Assembly (NCBI GenBank): GCA_002189035.1
Contig: NEEC01000004.1
Coordinates: forward strand, 682,001-746,000
Length of the DNA: 64,000 nucleotides
Reading direction: 5' to 3'
DNA from: Utricularia gibba
Taxonomy: Eukaryota > Plantae > Magnoliophyta
The notes under the pieces were generated by a model. That model had not been told where the DNA came from. It did not search any database and saw nothing but the letters and a program-made list of their open reading frames with translations. A program made the position numbers and the translations under genes. Below, one piece after another: positions 62,516 through 64,000 of this stretch (positions within the stretch are counted from its first letter, which is position 1; each line of letters opens with the position of its first letter).

Positions 62516-64000
62516 ATGCTCGCCGTGCTTGGGTTTTGATTGTTTTCTTTGCTATTGTTCGTCATAAATGGAGGAATGCGGCGGCGAAGGAGGAGGAGAT
62601 TTTGAGGCTTGTAGCTATGGCTTCCGAAGAAGAGGCGGAAATTGCGATGCGAGAAAAGGATGAATCTTCTGAATCTCCTCCTCCGGACCAGCTGACCCAG
62701 CTTCAGCAGCGTTATTATTGTGCCGTTTGTCTTTCCGCCACCACCACTAGGTGCTCTCAGTGCAAGGCTGTAAGATACTGGTGAGCGCTTTTTGTACTTT
62801 ATTTGTGTTTATGCATCGTTTTGGCTGATTGAATGTAAACTGATATGGGAACGGATCTGTAGCTTGCAATTCTATATATTCTCGATTTAAAGTTAATCAA
62901 TTTTCAGTTACTTTATTTGAGATTATGGTCTAGTTTGTGTACTTCTTTTTTGAAGTTTTGTTCTTTGAGCTCAAAAAGAGTGTTGTTCTAATATATGATG
63001 TTTTATTAATTGCATTATATGAACGTTATTCAGTCTAGACTCCTCTTTTTGATAGCTCGGGAAAGTGTCAGATAATTCACTGGAGGAAAGGTCACAAGTA
63101 TGAGTGTCGACCTGCAGCTCTATCTCGTGTTAGCATTGGAAATGAATGTTTCGCGGCAGGTGTTTCTCGTAATCAGGATGAGATGCCTATTAATGATGAA
63201 GAAAGACATCTTCTTGCAGATCATGGAATTGTAAATTTCAAAACTTCGAGTGATTCAGTGCCTTCGTTTTCCTATTCCTCGGAACAAAGTGAAGTCGCTT
63301 CAACCAGTGAGATTCATGACTCAGATTCTCAATTTGGGTCAGTCCAAACAAGTTTTGAAACCACCTATTCTCATTCTTCTGAACCTACGGACTCCAATGT
63401 AGTCGATACCCACAAGCAGTCTGTATTGAATGGTGCACATTATGTACCCTTGAGTAAGAGAACTGATGGTACAGTGTTAGAAGAGCTTGTCCTGGAAAGC
63501 TCTGATGTGAGGAGTATGCCGCCTTATAGTTCTATGAGAACTTTTTCTTCATCAGAAGCTCAAAGAGCTCGACCGTTTTCAGATAGTGGAGATGTGATAA
63601 AATCCTTTTACAGGGGGGGATCAGGCAAGCGTCAAGTAATAGATACGGAGCTAAAGAATTCTTACTGTTCAAGACCTGCAAGCATTGCATCCTCTATACA
63701 GAACTGGAAAAACGAGGCTCAAATGTCCATTTCTAAGGAATCGCGACCTGTGTTGTATAGGAGTTCAGGAAATGATCAAAATAATAGCAGGAAGCCTGAT
63801 ATATTGCGTTCGTTTATTCATGAGACAGGGCCAAAGTCTAGTAACAAAGGTCTGAAAACATTCCGAAAATTTGTAGAAAACTTCAAGGCTTCAAAGCAAT
63901 CAACCCCCTATATAGTTGATATTGGCAAGAACTCGAAAGACATTTACAGCAAACAGGTTATCATCCTTTATTGTGTCGTCAAGTTTCATTAATCGAACAG
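62516..64000 (+). CDS. UBP17: Ubiquitin-specific protease UBP17-like with MYND zinc finger (5' part; runs off the window); apparent 1-nt deletion near 62535
   Basis: IVRHKWRNAAAKEEEILRLVAMASEE, MYND CAVCLSATTTRCSQCKAVRYC|SGKCQIIHWRKGHKYEC (exon 2 starts 63056, donor at 63957). The ATG at 62516 hits TGA after a T4 run, whereas T5 would give MLAVLGFLIVFF. Confidence 0.88.

Overview
Eukaryotic (flowering-plant, eudicot-type) nuclear DNA that is very gene-dense. It holds about 20 protein-coding genes in 64 kb, most introns are 65-100 nt, and I see no recognisable intact transposon. In order: PSY-type sulfated-peptide precursor, ELMO-domain protein, calmodulin, HIR/SPFH protein, WEX-like 3'-5' exonuclease, PB1-domain B4 Raf-like kinase, VQ/SIB protein, SMG7, AUG1, GPT/ALG7, ARP AP-endonuclease, GPI1/PIG-Q, nuclear maturase nMAT3, RPS15, DDRGK1, villin, PXC3 LRR-RLK, a conserved Cys-rich uncharacterised protein, a NEK7-like kinase and the 5' part of UBP17. 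Manual reading beyond the ORF track gave five main results. (1) The NEK7-like gene is intact and in frame over 13 exons but looks like a pseudokinase (HRD->HRN, DFG->DVA, degenerate Gly loop, activation-segment GT lost). (2) Three decayed gene remnants lie in apparent intergenic DNA: DUF4228/PADRE, guanylate kinase with the P-loop region deleted, and an unidentified spliced membrane-protein gene. (3) SMG7 has 3'UTR introns that fit NMD self-regulation. (4) RPS15/DDRGK1 and ARP/GPI1 are head-to-head pairs with short shared promoters. (5) Small frameshifts occur in four otherwise intact genes (Raf kinase, ARP, nMAT3, UBP17) and are most likely assembly indel errors. No wholly new multi-gene system could be supported; the NEK pseudokinase and the unidentified remnant are the best leads. 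All family assignments come from motif recognition by eye, without database searches.
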